Shown: one piece after another, positions 62,305 through 64,000 of the stretch
Position numbering within the stretch: position 1 is the first letter of the stretch
Layout: each line of letters begins with the position of its first letter
DNA from: Octopus sinensis
Taxonomy: Eukaryota
DNA: 64,000 bases
Assembly: GCF_006345805.1 (NCBI RefSeq)
Contig: NW_021834224.1
Location: 6,543 to 70,542, forward strand
Reading direction: 5' to 3'
The notes under the pieces: model-generated
The model's input: only the letters and a program-made list of their open reading frames with translations
Databases searched by the model: none
What the model was told of the DNA's origin: nothing
Translations under genes and position numbers: made by a program

Positions 62305-62524
62305 AATAATAATAATAATAATATTAGGGAGTATAACTCCAAACTTACACGGAAAAATTTAGTTTAGTATTAAATCAAATTTCACAATATAAATATATAA
62401 TATATAAATTAGAGATAAAACCACTATTATGCAATTCAAACAATAATAGACAAAAACCAAATCATAAATAACAAATAAAATAAATTTTTATAAAACATAT
62501 AACTAGATCACAAAAAGTATATAT

Positions 62525-62915
62525 ACTCTTTTACTTGTTTCAGTCATTTGACTGCGGCGACGCTGGAGCAACGCCTTTAGTCGAGCAAATCGATCCCAGG
62601 ACTTATTCTTTCTAAGACTAGTACTTATTCTATCGGTCTCTTTTGCTGAACCGCTAAGTTACGGGGACGTAAACACACCAGCATCGGTTGTCAAGCGATG
62701 TTGGGGGACAAACACAGACACACAAACACACATATATATATATACATACATACAACGTGCTTCTTCCAGTTTCCGTCTACCAAATCCACTCACAAGACTT
62801 TGGTCGGCTCGAGGCTATAGTAGAAGACACTTGTCCAAGGTGCCACGCAGTGGGACTGAACCTGGAACCATGTTGTTGGTAAGCAGCCTACTTACCACAC
62901 AGCCACTCCTACGTC
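62525..62915 (-). mobile_element. SINE family A, full length
   Basis: Reverse complement of family A; head at 62915. Confidence 0.85.
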
Positions 62916-62931
62916 TATAAAAGTATTGCAT

Positions 62932-63012
62932 CGCCCGTAAAAGGGCTTGAAACCGCGACTCTCAGATCACATCCGTAAAAGTCTGATGCTCTACCGACGG
63001 AGCTATGCGGGC
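62932..63012 (-). tRNA. tRNA-Lys-TTT: tRNA-Lys(TTT)-like gene with 8-nt insertion at position 37/38; T-arm degenerate, probable pseudogene
   Basis: Minus strand GCCCGCATAGCTCCGTCGGTAGAGCATCAGACTTTTA[CGGATGTG]ATCTGAGAGTCGCGGTTTCAAGCCCTTTTACGGGCG versus eukaryotic tRNA-Lys(TTT) GCCCGGATAGCTCAGTCGGTAGAGCATCAGACTTTTAATCTGAGGGTCCAGGGTTCAAGTCCCTGTTCGGGCG; length 73+8 nt; TTTT 10 nt downstream. Confidence 0.85.
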
Positions 63013-63386
63013 GGCTCTGACCAATTTTATGACCACACATATATCTACATAAATGTGTGTGTGTGTGTGCGCGCGCGCGTGTAAGTGACACTGCTTTTAT
63101 CTGCTTGGCAGAACTCCACAGTCAAACCACACGCTCACGGACACGCACGCACGCACGCACGCAAACACACGCAGACATAGAGTCACTTATGACCGACGTC
63201 ATATACTAATACCGAAATATTGCAATATGAAGTCTTAGATGCACTATGCTTGAATAAAGGACATAATGATCACAGAGAGAGGATACACATACGACCAGCA
63301 TTGAGCTGGAGCCAAAAGACAAGAGTAAAAGAACTGTAATCCTAAACTATAGGATAACACAGAATGTGTGTGAGTATATATATAAT

Positions 63387-63780
63387 AGGCGCTGGAGTGG
63401 CTGTGTGGTAAGCAGCTTGCTTACCAACCACATGGTTCCCGGTTCAGTCCCACTGCGTGGCACCTTGGGCATGTGTCTTCTACTATAGCCTTGGGCCAAC
63501 CAAAGCCTTGTGAGTGGATTTGGTAGACGGAAACTGGAAGAAGCCCGTCGTATAGATGTATATATATATATGTGATTGTCCCTCCCACAACATCGCCTGA
63601 CAACCGATGCTGGTGTGTTTACATCCCCGTAACTTAGCGGTTCGGCAAAAGAGAGACCGATAGAATAAGTACAAGGCTTACGAAGAATAAGTCCTGGGGT
63701 TGATTTGCTCGACTAAAGGCCGTGCTCCAGGATGGCCTCAGTCAAATGACTGAAACAAATACAAGAGTAAAAGAGTAAAG
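63387..63780 (+). mobile_element. SINE family A, full length
   Basis: Complete head to tail. Confidence 0.88.
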
Positions 63781-63781
63781 A

Positions 63782-63819
<38 letters not shown>

Positions 63820-64000
63820 GGAATAGATATCGAAAACGTTTAGCCTTTGCTCGCTTTCTTCAAATATTTTGATGTCGCATGGTCAGAAGGTTTGAGGTAC
63901 GTAGCATTTGATAAATCTATGATAAATCTATTTCAATGGAAAGCTGTGCTGAAGAAGGATGTGAAATATATATGCAATGTATATGAAATATATATCAAAA

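Overview
Eukaryotic, AT-rich and extremely repeat-dense DNA. The repeat families (tRNA-derived SINEs, CR1/RTE/Dong LINE fragments, TTAA-bounded MITEs, long AT/AAT/ATC/CA microsatellites) point to an octopus/coleoid cephalopod genome; this is inferred from recognised repeat motifs, not from a search. Only one host protein-coding segment is supported: a minus-strand first coding exon of a FREM1-like (FRAS1-related extracellular matrix) gene at 7240-7457, which carries a 1-bp frameshift just before its splice donor. About 20 kb (29.6-49.9 kb) is a 174-bp satellite whose monomer is the TTAA-to-TTAA segment of a piggyBac-like MITE, with 8-, 9- and 11-mer higher-order duplications. The most unusual feature is a spacer-less fusion of full-length U6 snRNA to full-length 5S rRNA, followed by a tRNA-derived SINE head (27581-27889, minus strand). 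Also notable are a tRNA-Lys(TTT)-like gene with an 8-nt insertion at the canonical intron site, Dong/R4-type and non-coding elements inserted in (TAA)n, an RTE 3' end with three C2H2 fingers, a 194-bp-arm foldback element and repeated conversion of TE pieces into local tandem arrays. Nearly all ORFs in the supplied track are microsatellite or SINE artefacts.
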